Positions 1 to 8,856 of a stretch of DNA of 31,390 nt are shown here, one piece after another. The stretch's first letter is position 1. The number at the start of each line of letters is the position of its first letter. The position numbers and the translations under genes are program-made. The notes below the pieces were generated by a model. It was not told the DNA's origin and did no database searches. It saw nothing but the letters and a program-made list of their open reading frames with translations. This DNA is from Granulicella sp. (GTDB lineage: Bacteria > Acidobacteriota > Terriglobia > Terriglobales > Acidobacteriaceae). Location: contig DAHWNL010000027.1 of NCBI GenBank assembly GCA_027339965.1, positions 1 through 31,390 on the forward strand. Direction: 5' to 3'.

Positions 1-275
1 AACCGATTCGAATTGCTCCCCGCTGATGTCGCTTGCGTAAGCTTTTCTCCGTTCCATCCTTCTTGATTACCGCCCCGGAGAAGCCAACGCATATGGCTTC
101 TCAGATTCCTGTGCCACATCGAAACCATAGATCGCAAACAGGCTCTGAGAAGGGGTGGATCTGAGCCTTCTGCGCATTGGCGAGCCTGTTCATGTGCATC
201 CCGTTGAGATGCAGAGGTAGTGACGCAGGAGTAGTATTGATCAGAACAATCATCCGCTTCTTCTCGGAGATGGCC

Positions 276-1190
276 ATGTCCATTCGACCCGTCAAAGAGC
301 TCATCATTGCGAAGCCGACTCTGGAAGGCGCTGGTGTTCGCCTGCGGCGCGCATTTGGCTTTGGAAAGACATCAGAGTTCGACCCGTTTCTTCTCTTCGA
401 CGATTTTCGCAATGATATTCCGGAGGATTATCTGGCCGGCTTTCCCTGGCATCCGCATCGCGGCATAGAAACCATTACCTATGTTCTTGCGGGCACCGTG
501 GAGCATGGAGACAGCATGGGGAACCATGGCGCGATCGCTGCCGGCGATGTGCAGTGGATGACGGCGGGACGGGGAATCATTCATCAGGAGATGCCCAGAG
601 GAGATCAAGATGGAAGGATGCACGGATTTCAACTGTGGGCAAATCTACCTTCGTCACTGAAGATGACGGCGCCGCGCTATCAGGAGGTGAAGTCGGCGGA
701 GATTCCATTGGTCAAAGATGACGATGGAACTGGGGTTAGGATCGTTTGCGGCAGCTTCTGGAGCAAGAAAGGTCCGGTAGACGGGATCGCCGCCGATCCC
801 ATCTATCTGGACGTATCCATTCCTCCGGGTAGAAGAAAGACGCTTCCGGTGGAAACAAGCCGCCATGCCTTTGCCTATGTCTTCGCTGGTTCAGGAAAGT
901 TCTGCAATGCGTCTGGTCCGCTGGCAGTGCCGACAGAGCCGGTAGGTTGGTGGGACAAGACCCCTCCGGCGCAGGCAGACAACCGCTCGCTGGTGCTCTT
1001 TGATCGCGGCGACGAAGTTGTTGTTCAGGCAGGCGAGGAGGGAATCCGTTTTCTGCTGGTCTCTGGCAAACCGCTTGAGGAGCCGGTGGCCTGGTATGGA
1101 CCGATCGTCATGAATACCCAGGAGCAGCTCCGCCGTGCGTTTGAGGAGCTCAATTCGGGGACGTTTTTGAAATCAGAGGCGGGATCCTGA
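276..1190 (+). CDS. Pirin family protein (bicupin)
   Basis: Pirin motifs EGAGV, DPFLL, GFPWHPHRGIETITY, HGDSMG, WMTAGRGIIHQE and GPIVMNT. Start moved to ATG 276, which follows GGAG at 266-269. Confidence 0.93.
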   Translation: MSIRPVKELIIAKPTLEGAGVRLRRAFGFGKTSEFDPFLLFDDFRNDIPEDYLAGFPWHPHRGIETITYVLAGTVEHGDSMGNHGAIAAGDVQWMTAGRGIIHQEMPRGDQDGRMHGFQLWANLPSSLKMTAPRYQEVKSAEIPLVKDDDGTGVRIVCGSFWSKKGPVDGIAADPIYLDVSIPPGRRKTLPVETSRHAFAYVFAGSGKFCNASGPLAVPTEPVGWWDKTPPAQADNRSLVLFDRGDEVVVQAGEEGIRFLLVSGKPLEEPVAWYGPIVMNTQEQLRRAFEELNSGTFLKSEAGS

Positions 1191-1215
1191 CTCCCTTGCG
1201 GGGGCTTTCAGGGTC
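1183..1215. terminator. GC-rich hairpin after the pirin stop, between convergent pirin and uvrC
   Basis: GATCCTGA (1183-1190) pairs with TCAGGGTC (1208-1215), with an inner CTCCC/GGGGG stem. U-tract is weak. Confidence 0.4.
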
Positions 1216-1343
1216 GAGAGAGCGCAGAGACCGGCTGAAGCGAGCGCATAGAGACTCTTCAAGCCAAGGTCACAGTGTGCTCTCCATCCTGTGGGGTAGG
1301 ATACCTTGCCCTTCTGAAGGGGGAATCTCCTCTCAGGGTTGGG

Positions 1344-3359
1344 TCAGCGGAGGGTGATCTTCACCAGATCGCCCGCTGAGGCTGCATCCTGGCGAGATAC
1401 GAAGAAGAGGCGGATCTTTTCGGCGGTTGGCTTGTTGACGACTGCGGTAAGCGTCTCGGGATCTCTCTGAGCTGTCTGCTGGAGGGCTTGGATGCTGCCA
1501 AAGTGCTCCAGCAGGCGGCGGCGGGTGATGGGTCCCACGCCCGGAATCTCATCGAGTTCGCTGGCCCGGTCACGCATCTGGCGCCGCTTGCGATGGTAGT
1601 TGACGGCGAAGCGGTGGCTCTCGTCGCGGATCTTCTGGATGAGGTGCAGCACCGGAGAGCGGCGATCCAGGACCACAGGTTCGTCCTCTTGGCCATGCAG
1701 GTAGAGGATCTCCTCGCGCTTCGCGATCGAGGCCAGCGGTTGGGTAACCAAGCCAAGCGCTTCCAGCGCAGCCGCTGCGGCGTGCAACTGTCCCGGTCCG
1801 CCGTCGATGAGCACCAGCGAGGGCATCGGCTTGCCCTCTTGCTGCAGCCGGCTGTATCGACGATGAACCACCTCGCGCATGGAGGCGAAGTCATCCACGC
1901 CGGAGACGGTCTTGACCTGGAATTTGCGGTAGGAAGATCTCTTCATCGCTACCTTCTCCCAGACCACCATGGAGGCTACGGTCTCCGTGCCCTGAATGTG
2001 GGAGATGTCAAAGCATTCGATCCGCAGCGGCGGCTCGGGGAGCATAAGGGCGTCCTGCAAGGCATCCTGGATGGTCTGGAGGTCCGGCTGCAGCACCCGG
2101 AAGCGCTGGTCGAAGGACTGCTTGGCGTTCTGGCCGGCAAGGTCCAGCAGAGAGCGCTTTTCGCCACGCTGCGGGGCGCTGATCTCAATCTTGCGGCCAA
2201 GGCGTCGGCTTAGCGCTTCGGCGAGCAGCAGACGATCAGGAAAGTCAACCGGTACATAGATGCTTTTGGGAACATAAGTCTGGTCAAGGTAGAGCTGCTT
2301 GAGCAGAGCGGAGAGAAAGGCAGGCGCGGAGAAAGCCAGTGGTTGAGCATCGTCCTGCGGAAAGGTCTCTGCTGGCACAACACAAGTTGTGGGATTCACC
2401 CCTCCCAGGGCAGTATCAGCCCTGGGGTCCAGACCAGGCTCCGGATTTGGCTCCAAGTCCAGATCTGGGGCATCGAGAGATTCGCGGAAGGCGATCTCCG
2501 GCAGTTCCTCCCAGAACATCTCGCGGCGGTCTACGATCTTGCCCGCGCGCATATGGAAAAGGTTTAGCGCGAGCATTCCATTTTCCAGATGGAAGCCAAA
2601 GACGTCCACATCCTCTTGCTCAGCGGAGGCGATCCGCTGCCGGTGCTGTGCCTGATGGAGAGTAGAAATCTGATCGCGCAGCTTGGCCGCCAGCTCAAAC
2701 TGCATCTCCTCCGCTGCCTTTTGCATGCGCTCGGTGAGCTGGGCCTCCAGTTCGCCGGACTTGCCCTCCAGAAAAAGTTGTGCGTCGCGGACTGCCTGGG
2801 CATAAGCTCCAGAAGACACCAGGCCCTCCACACAGGGACCGAGACAGCGTTGGATGTAGTACTGCAGGCAGGCGCGGGGATGGTAGCGGTTGAGGTCCAC
2901 CTTGCAGCTAGGAATAAGGAAGTTGCGGTGGATGAGATCGACCAGGCGGGAGGCCAGGCTGCCAGGAAAGTAAGGGCCAAAGTACGCGCTGCCGTCCTTG
3001 CGAACGCGCCGCGTGACGAAGACCTTGGGATAACGATCGGCCAGCGTCAGCTTGATATAGGGGTAGGTCTTGTCATCGCGCAGAAGGATGTTGAAGCGGG
3101 GCCTGCGCTGTTTGATGAGGTTGTTCTCCAGCGCCAGAGCCTCCTGCTCGTTGGCTACGGTGATGTACTCGATGTCAACGGCCTCGCGCATCAGCGAGCC
3201 GGTCTTGGCATTGGCCTGCGCAGCCTCAAGAAAATACGAGCGAACACGCGAGCGCAGGTTCTTCGCCTTACCGACGTAGATCACCTCTCCTTCGGCGTTC
3301 TTGTAGAGGTAACAGCCGGCGCTGGCAGGCAGTGTGCGGATCTTGTCGTGGAGGTCCAT
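1344..3359 (-). CDS. uvrC: Excinuclease ABC subunit UvrC
   Basis: N-terminal GIY-YIG (GCYLY...IYVGKAKNLRSRV), Cys-rich region, UVR motif (FELAAKLRD), RNase H-like IECFDISH...DGG...RDESHRFA, C-terminal HhH (IPGVGP). GGAGG SD upstream. Confidence 0.97.
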   Translation of the reverse strand: MDLHDKIRTLPASAGCYLYKNAEGEVIYVGKAKNLRSRVRSYFLEAAQANAKTGSLMREAVDIEYITVANEQEALALENNLIKQRRPRFNILLRDDKTYPYIKLTLADRYPKVFVTRRVRKDGSAYFGPYFPGSLASRLVDLIHRNFLIPSCKVDLNRYHPRACLQYYIQRCLGPCVEGLVSSGAYAQAVRDAQLFLEGKSGELEAQLTERMQKAAEEMQFELAAKLRDQISTLHQAQHRQRIASAEQEDVDVFGFHLENGMLALNLFHMRAGKIVDRREMFWEELPEIAFRESLDAPDLDLEPNPEPGLDPRADTALGGVNPTTCVVPAETFPQDDAQPLAFSAPAFLSALLKQLYLDQTYVPKSIYVPVDFPDRLLLAEALSRRLGRKIEISAPQRGEKRSLLDLAGQNAKQSFDQRFRVLQPDLQTIQDALQDALMLPEPPLRIECFDISHIQGTETVASMVVWEKVAMKRSSYRKFQVKTVSGVDDFASMREVVHRRYSRLQQEGKPMPSLVLIDGGPGQLHAAAAALEALGLVTQPLASIAKREEILYLHGQEDEPVVLDRRSPVLHLIQKIRDESHRFAVNYHRKRRQMRDRASELDEIPGVGPITRRRLLEHFGSIQALQQTAQRDPETLTAVVNKPTAEKIRLFFVSRQDAASAGDLVKITLR

Positions 3360-3515
3360 CGGCTTCCTCCAGTTTAGAACCCCGGCCAGAGGCTGCTTGA
3401 GATCTGCGGTGCAAAGATTTGTCGTTAATGTCCCGCCACCCAGGACAGTTCGCTGTTCAGCCGGTAGGGATCACGTTGAATCTGCCGATGAGAGGAAATC
3501 AGGTAAGCTGAGGGA

Positions 3516-4409
3516 ATGGACGCTCGGGAGGCGATCAAAGGGGAAGAAGATCAGGCGGGTGCCGCAGCCGCGCTGCAGCGTGCCGCGGCGATCATGGCTT
3601 GCCTGAGGGCTCCAGGGGGTTGTCCCTGGGACCGGGAGCAGACCTTCGACAGCATCAAGCGGCACACTTTGGAGGAGACCTATGAGGTCTTCGATGCCAT
3701 TGAGCGCCGAGCCTGGCCGGAGCTGAAAGATGAGCTGGGGGACCTGCTTCTACAGGTCCTGTTTTATGCGCAGATGGCCAGCGAGGCCGGCTACTTTGAC
3801 CTTCGCGAGGTGGCGGAGAGCCTCAGCGCCAAGCTGATTCGCAGGCATCCGCATGTCTTTGCCGATGCGACCGCTGAGGACGCGGAGGCTGTGCTGCGTA
3901 ACTGGGAGCAGACGAAGACGGAGGAGAAGCGGTCGAGGCCGGTGGCCAACTCGTTGCTGGATGAGGTGCCGCGAACGATGCCGGCTACGCTGGAAGCTTT
4001 CAAGCTAGGCTCCAAGGCGGCAAAGGTTGGGTTTGACTGGCCCAACGCGGAAGGACTGTTTGAGAAGCTTGCCGAGGAGACGGCTGAGTTGCGGGCCGAG
4101 ATGGAGTGTCGGGATACAGCCCGGGTTGAGGCGGAGTTCGGTGACCTGATGTTCACCATGATGAACCTGGCGCGCCATCTGAAGATCGACTCGGAGTCCG
4201 CCCTGCGCGGCAGCAATGCCAGATTTCGTGTCCGTTTTGTTGCGATGGAGAGCCAAGCCGGGGGAGCGGAACAGCTTGCCGCGCTGACGCCGGAGGTTCT
4301 GGAAGACCTTTGGAGAAAGGCCAAAGACGCCGAAGACGTGCCTTTGGAGCCCACCGGGAAAGGAATGGACATAAAGAAGCAGAACCGTTCTGTGGAGGAA
4401 GAGGGTTGA
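3516..4409 (+). CDS. mazG: Nucleoside triphosphate pyrophosphohydrolase MazG (tandem domain)
   Basis: LRAPGGCPWDREQT, LEETYEV, ELGDLLLQV, KLIRRHPHVF, and second domain KAAKVGFDW...EFGDLMF. Confidence 0.95.
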   Translation: MDAREAIKGEEDQAGAAAALQRAAAIMACLRAPGGCPWDREQTFDSIKRHTLEETYEVFDAIERRAWPELKDELGDLLLQVLFYAQMASEAGYFDLREVAESLSAKLIRRHPHVFADATAEDAEAVLRNWEQTKTEEKRSRPVANSLLDEVPRTMPATLEAFKLGSKAAKVGFDWPNAEGLFEKLAEETAELRAEMECRDTARVEAEFGDLMFTMMNLARHLKIDSESALRGSNARFRVRFVAMESQAGGAEQLAALTPEVLEDLWRKAKDAEDVPLEPTGKGMDIKKQNRSVEEEG

Positions 4410-5179
4410 GCGAGACACGGCAGGCGGCGATTCGTATCCAAAGATTCCACTTGCTGGAAGAGTTTGAAGAGTGCGTTCGGCTGGAGGAGGCGGTTTGGGG
4501 TTATGATCCCGCCGACATGATTCCGCGCCGGATGTTTTTGCTTGCCTCGCGCATTGGCGGACAGGTGATGGGGGCCTTTCTGGAGGGCCGCTCCGATGCG
4601 GTCGGTTTCGCCATGGCGTTGCCGGCATATCGTGAGGGATTGCCTTATCTGCACTCGCACATGGTGGGCGTTCTGACGGAGTGCCGGAATCAGGGGATTG
4701 CAAGAGCTCTGAAGCTGGCGCAAAGGGAGGATGCATTGCAGCGTGGATTCGAACTGATGGAGTGGACCTTCGATCCGTTAGAGATCAAGAACGCGTACAT
4801 CAATATTCAAAAGCTGGGTGCGATTGTGCGCCGTTACCAGCATGATTTTTATGGTTCCTCCAGCTCCCCGCTCCAGGGCGGGCTGCCTACGGATCGGGTC
4901 TACGCGGAGTGGTGGCTGCGTTCTCCAAGGGTGGAGCGAGCTCTGCGCGGCGAGGCGCAGCAATTTGAGGTAATGGATCGGGTGGAGGTTCCGGCGGCCA
5001 TATACACCTGGAAGAGTTCTCCTGCTCATCGCGCCAACGCCCGTGAGGTGCAGCGATGTAATGCTCTCCAGTTGGAGTCTGGATTCGCAAGGGGTCTGGC
5101 GGTGCTTGGCTACCAACGCAATCAGGCCGGGGATGGGGCCTTTCAACTCGGTCGCTGGGATGAGCATAATAACTGCTGA
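4406..5179 (+). CDS. GNAT-family acyltransferase (putative amino-acid N-succinyltransferase)
   Basis: TTG 4406 overlaps the mazG TGA and follows GGAGG at 4394-4398. Motifs LHSHMVGV...RNQGIARALKLAQR, WTFDPL, NAYINIQKLGA and LPTDR typify the GNAT family found next to NSAR/OSBS genes. Confidence 0.8.
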   Translation: MSETRQAAIRIQRFHLLEEFEECVRLEEAVWGYDPADMIPRRMFLLASRIGGQVMGAFLEGRSDAVGFAMALPAYREGLPYLHSHMVGVLTECRNQGIARALKLAQREDALQRGFELMEWTFDPLEIKNAYINIQKLGAIVRRYQHDFYGSSSSPLQGGLPTDRVYAEWWLRSPRVERALRGEAQQFEVMDRVEVPAAIYTWKSSPAHRANAREVQRCNALQLESGFARGLAVLGYQRNQAGDGAFQLGRWDEHNNC

Positions 5180-5227
5180 GAATCATTGATCCAGTGGCAG
5201 CCGGACGGGATCGTGGAGCGAGTCGAA

Positions 5228-6364
5228 ATGAGAATAGAAGCCATCCATCTTCGCGAGGTTCAGATGCCGCTGGCGCATCCGTTCGAGACCAGCTTTGGCG
5301 TCACCACCGGCCGCCGCATTCTGCTGGTGGAGATCGAGTGCGAGGGCCGCAGCGCATGGGGCGAGTGCGTGGCCGGCGAGCACCCCTACTTCTCTGACGA
5401 GCAAGTGGATACGGCCTGGATCATTACGGAGATGGAGCTGGCGCCGCGCTTGCTGGAGACGGAGATCTCCAGCGGGCGGGACTGTCCTGCGCTGTTCGAA
5501 CCGGTGCGCGGCCATCGCATGGCCAAGGCCGCCCTGGAGAATGCGGTTTGGGATCTCGATGCCGAACGGCAGGGAATCCCCTTAGCCAGGCTGCTGGGCG
5601 GAACGCGCTCGGTCATCCCCTGCGGCGTTTCCATTGGGATTCAGAGAACGCCGGAAAAGCTGCTGGAAGTGATCGCACGGGAGCTTGCCGCGGGTTATCA
5701 GCGCATCAAGCTCAAGTGCAAGCCGGGGTGGGACACGCAGATCTTTGCCATGGTGCGCGAGCGCTGGCCGGAGATCTTGCTAAGCTGCGACGCGAACTCT
5801 GCATATCGGCTAGATAACCCGAGTCATGTGGCGGCGATTGAGTCCTGGGAGAACTTCAATCTGTTGATGATCGAGCAGCCCTTGTGGCATGACGACTTTT
5901 ACTTCCATGCCCAGTTGCAGCGCCGCATCAAAACGAGTATCTGCCTGGATGAGTGCATCCGCAACCGCCGTGACGCGCGCGCAGCCCTGGAACTGGGCAG
6001 CGGAAAGATCATCAATATCAAGGTGGGCCGTGTGGGTGGGTTCACAGAGGCGCTGGCAATTCATGATATCGCGCAGGAGTTCGGGGTTCCGGTGTGGTGC
6101 GGCGGCATGCTGGAAACAGGGATAGGCAGGGCACAGAATATTGCACTCTCTTCGCTGCCCAACTTTTCGCTTCCAGGAGATGTTTCCGCCTCAAAGCGCT
6201 ACTGGGCGCAGGACATCATTGAACCCGAGGTTACGGTCAGCCCGGAAGGGACCATTCGTGTTCCCACCACGCCGGGTCGCGGCTACGCCGAGCAAAGGGA
6301 TCGCGTGGAGCAGATTACGGTGCGCAGACGGACGCTGCGGCGCGCCAATGCGGTGACAGCGTAG
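5228..6364 (+). CDS. menC: o-succinylbenzoate synthase / N-succinylamino acid racemase (enolase superfamily, NSAR/OSBS subfamily)
   Basis: PFETSFG, GVSIG, KxK (IKLKCK), metal ligands in DAN/EQP/LDE, INIKVGRVGG, WCGGMLETGIGRA. Start ATG 5228 (MRIEAI). Confidence 0.88.
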   Translation: MRIEAIHLREVQMPLAHPFETSFGVTTGRRILLVEIECEGRSAWGECVAGEHPYFSDEQVDTAWIITEMELAPRLLETEISSGRDCPALFEPVRGHRMAKAALENAVWDLDAERQGIPLARLLGGTRSVIPCGVSIGIQRTPEKLLEVIARELAAGYQRIKLKCKPGWDTQIFAMVRERWPEILLSCDANSAYRLDNPSHVAAIESWENFNLLMIEQPLWHDDFYFHAQLQRRIKTSICLDECIRNRRDARAALELGSGKIINIKVGRVGGFTEALAIHDIAQEFGVPVWCGGMLETGIGRAQNIALSSLPNFSLPGDVSASKRYWAQDIIEPEVTVSPEGTIRVPTTPGRGYAEQRDRVEQITVRRRTLRRANAVTA

Positions 6365-6747
6365 AGGATCAGCCACCTAGGATATGGAAACAGTCGCCCT
6401 TGATAGCTTTTCCGTGAGGATGGGCTTTGCCGAAGCAGAACGGTGCAGAACTATGGAAGATGCATCCAGAGCGTTGATGGCAAGCCAAACTGTCACTTGC
6501 TCACCCGTTAGACGCAAGATACATTCTGCAGGCTGGACGTGTGACCGGTCTTGGGTTGATATATATTCTGCTCCAGGGGTGTGTACGCTGCGCTTGTACA
6601 GGAATTTGCTGCAAAAAGAAGCCGAAGCGCGGTACGCGACACGGCAAACTCTGGGATGGCAAACGGAAGATCGTGACCGATAGAGAAATTGCTCGTCAGA
6701 AGGTCTGTTTCCAAGAAACTCATTATGATGCAGGAGACTTTTGCGAT

Positions 6748-7095
6748 ATGAATCCAAACGAAGGCGAAACAGTCTTGGGACGAGAGATTAAATTTTGCGG
6801 CGAACTGACGGGATCTTCCGACTTGATCGTCGACGGCGAGGTGGAGGGTCAGATTCGGCTTCCCGGAGCACGGCTTACGATACGTCCGGAAGGACGTGTG
6901 CGCGCCAGCGTCTCCGCGCAGGAAGTTGTCGTCTCCGGGCGAGTCGAGGGCGAGATTCGAGCTACAGGACGGGTGGAACTTCGGGATGGCTCCGTCGTGC
7001 TGGGTGACATCTGCACGGCTCGTTTGTCGATGGAGGACGGCGCCACGATCAAGGGTGCGGTTGATCCCTCCAGGGCCGACCAGCCTTTTTCGTGA
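6748..7095 (+). CDS. Bactofilin (polymer-forming cytoskeletal protein)
   Basis: Beta-helix repeats TVLG..I.F.GEL....DLIVDGEVEGQI...LTI...GRV......VVVSGRVEGEI.A...VEL....V.GDI....L.MEDGA...G. AGGAG SD at 6732-6736. Confidence 0.9.
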   Translation: MNPNEGETVLGREIKFCGELTGSSDLIVDGEVEGQIRLPGARLTIRPEGRVRASVSAQEVVVSGRVEGEIRATGRVELRDGSVVLGDICTARLSMEDGATIKGAVDPSRADQPFS

Positions 7096-7183
7096 AGATG
7101 GGCGTCATCAAGATGCATCTAACCGATGGCAGGCGTTTTCTGGGGGGGGAGCATCTTCGGATTGAGGTGCGGAGTAAATCAGC

Positions 7184-7828
7184 ATGTTTGACATCTTCAA
7201 AAAAGAGCGTGGAGCATCCGCACGCCTGGCGGAGCGTCCTCCACGCCACTCGCGCGGTTGGATAGAGGTGCGCAGCTATTTGGAAAGCGCTCCTTCGCTG
7301 CGCGTCTTGGACTTTGGCGCCACCTCGCCGGCGAACATCAATTATCTTACTTCCCGCGGGCATAGCGTTTACATGGCCAATATGGTGCAAGATGCTACTC
7401 GGCCCGAGTGGTTGAAGCCGGCACAGGATTCTGAGGACAAGAACACCTCGCTGCAGTTCGATACGGATGGCTTTCTCGCAGCCAACCTGGAGTTCTCCGG
7501 TCGAGACTTTGACGTCATTCTCTTGTGGGATACGGTGAATTATTTACCGCCGGAGATGGTTCCTGCGCTGTTCGACCGTCTGCGCCAGGTTCTGCGTCCT
7601 GACGGCCTGCTTCTGGCCTTCTTTCACGGGCGGCTCAGCGGTCCGGAGACAGCCTATGCTCGCTTTCAATTGAGTGATGGGGATGAGCTCATCGTCCACG
7701 ACGGCGGAAGTTTCCCGGTGCGCAAAATCTATCAGACTCGGCAATTAGAGAAGTTTCTGGAAGGGTTCAGCAACGCGCGCTTCTTTCTGGATAAGGACAA
7801 CGTGCGCGAGGTCATCGTCTATCGATGA
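7184..7828 (+). CDS. Class I SAM-dependent methyltransferase-like protein
   Basis: RVLDFGAT (motif I-like), FDVILLWD, and LRQVLRPDGLLL. GGAG SD upstream. Confidence 0.7.
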   Translation: MFDIFKKERGASARLAERPPRHSRGWIEVRSYLESAPSLRVLDFGATSPANINYLTSRGHSVYMANMVQDATRPEWLKPAQDSEDKNTSLQFDTDGFLAANLEFSGRDFDVILLWDTVNYLPPEMVPALFDRLRQVLRPDGLLLAFFHGRLSGPETAYARFQLSDGDELIVHDGGSFPVRKIYQTRQLEKFLEGFSNARFFLDKDNVREVIVYR

Positions 7829-8196
7829 GTGGACAAATTGGAACCCTGGTGGAAGGGATGGCCGTCCACGCTCATTCTGGCCAAAATTGTACTTTGTCCG
7901 CGGTCGTGGATTGCTTCACTGCGCGGTGAAAAGCCCGGCAAAATGGCTTGCGCAGCCATCGTCGGGCCGTCGAGCCTAAAACGAGACCAGCCCGGTCAAG
8001 GGCAGTGAACGGGCTGGTTCTGAAGTACCTGGCGTCATGTGGCCCGTATCGCGCATCCGATTCGAAGATTCGCGTGTGCTGCAAAGACTCGCACGCCATA
8101 CCCTGCTGCCCGACGCGCATGATCTTGCTCTGCCGTGCGTAGCGAACCGACACCTTGGGCTGGACGAACGGTTCGGGCGGCAATTGACTCGAAGAA

Positions 8197-8526
8197 TTAC
8201 TTCGCCGAAGCCACTTTTTTGCCGACTGCTTTCCGTGCAGCTTTCGGAGCAGCGTTGCGCCGCTCTTCCCAGCGGCGCTTCATTGCTTCCGCAATCCGTT
8301 TGCGACCCTCCGGACTCAGAACGCGCTTCTTGCGCCGCACTCGGGAAGGGGCTGTTGTTGCTGCTGCTGCGGCAGCGGCTCGCGCCGCATTGGTGCTTCC
8401 TTTGGGACGCCCGCGGCGTGGCTTCACTTCGACAGGGACATCATTCAAACCAATCAGCACGGCACGCGCCTGCTGCAGCGAGCCAATCTTGGCGTCAATT
8501 TCAGCGATAATTTTACGAACGTCCAT
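8197..8526 (-). CDS. Small basic putative DNA-binding (nucleoid-associated) protein with AT-hook-like motif
   Basis: 109 aa, K/R/A-rich. N-terminal heptad helix (IIAEIDAKIGSLQQARAVL), KPRRGRPKGS, and helix LSPEGRKRIAEAMKRRW. GGAGAGG upstream. Confidence 0.8.
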   Translation of the reverse strand: MDVRKIIAEIDAKIGSLQQARAVLIGLNDVPVEVKPRRGRPKGSTNAARAAAAAAATTAPSRVRRKKRVLSPEGRKRIAEAMKRRWEERRNAAPKAARKAVGKKVASAK

Positions 8527-8593
8527 CCTTATTAGGTCCTCTCCGGTGTCGCCGATCTTTTACAAATACCTACAAATTGCCTTCAACACCCTA

Positions 8594-8623
8594 ATTTTAC
8601 AATTATTGTTCCCGAACCTGCAA
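8594..8623 (-). promoter_or_regulatory. Candidate sigma70 promoter for the small basic protein gene
   Basis: Minus strand TTGCAG-N18-TAAAAT within an AT-rich tract. Confidence 0.45.
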
Positions 8624-8856
8624 ATGAACTTAAGACTTCTTTTTCCCCTTTTGGAAGGTTTTGCAGTATTGAATTGAAACGAAGGTTTCGTCCAAGCCTC
8701 ATTAAACGGAAGGGATCTTGCCGCTAAGTACTTCGGGTTGGAGATTGAAAGGGGATCTTCCTTAGGGAGCACTCATCGCAAGAAGATGCTCCCGCAACTC
8801 ACATAGGACGCCGGAGAGTTGTGGCTTTCCAGGTTTTCGGTGCTAGACTCGAAGCG

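Noticed and set aside
6640..6670. Two GGCAAAC motifs upstream of bactofilin, resembling a c-di-GMP-I (GEMM) riboswitch
   Set aside because: No GNRA-capped P2 stem, no GACGCAAA segment and no P1/P3 pairing could be built.
6377..6757. ORFs 6384..6683 (+) and 6377..6757 (-)
   Set aside because: No recognisable motifs. The region reads as a promoter-containing intergenic spacer.
7872..8183. 103-aa minus-strand ORF downstream of the AT-hook gene
   Set aside because: TTG start with no SD and no family features, and it begins within a likely terminator hairpin (CGAACCG/CGGTTCG, 8143-8175).
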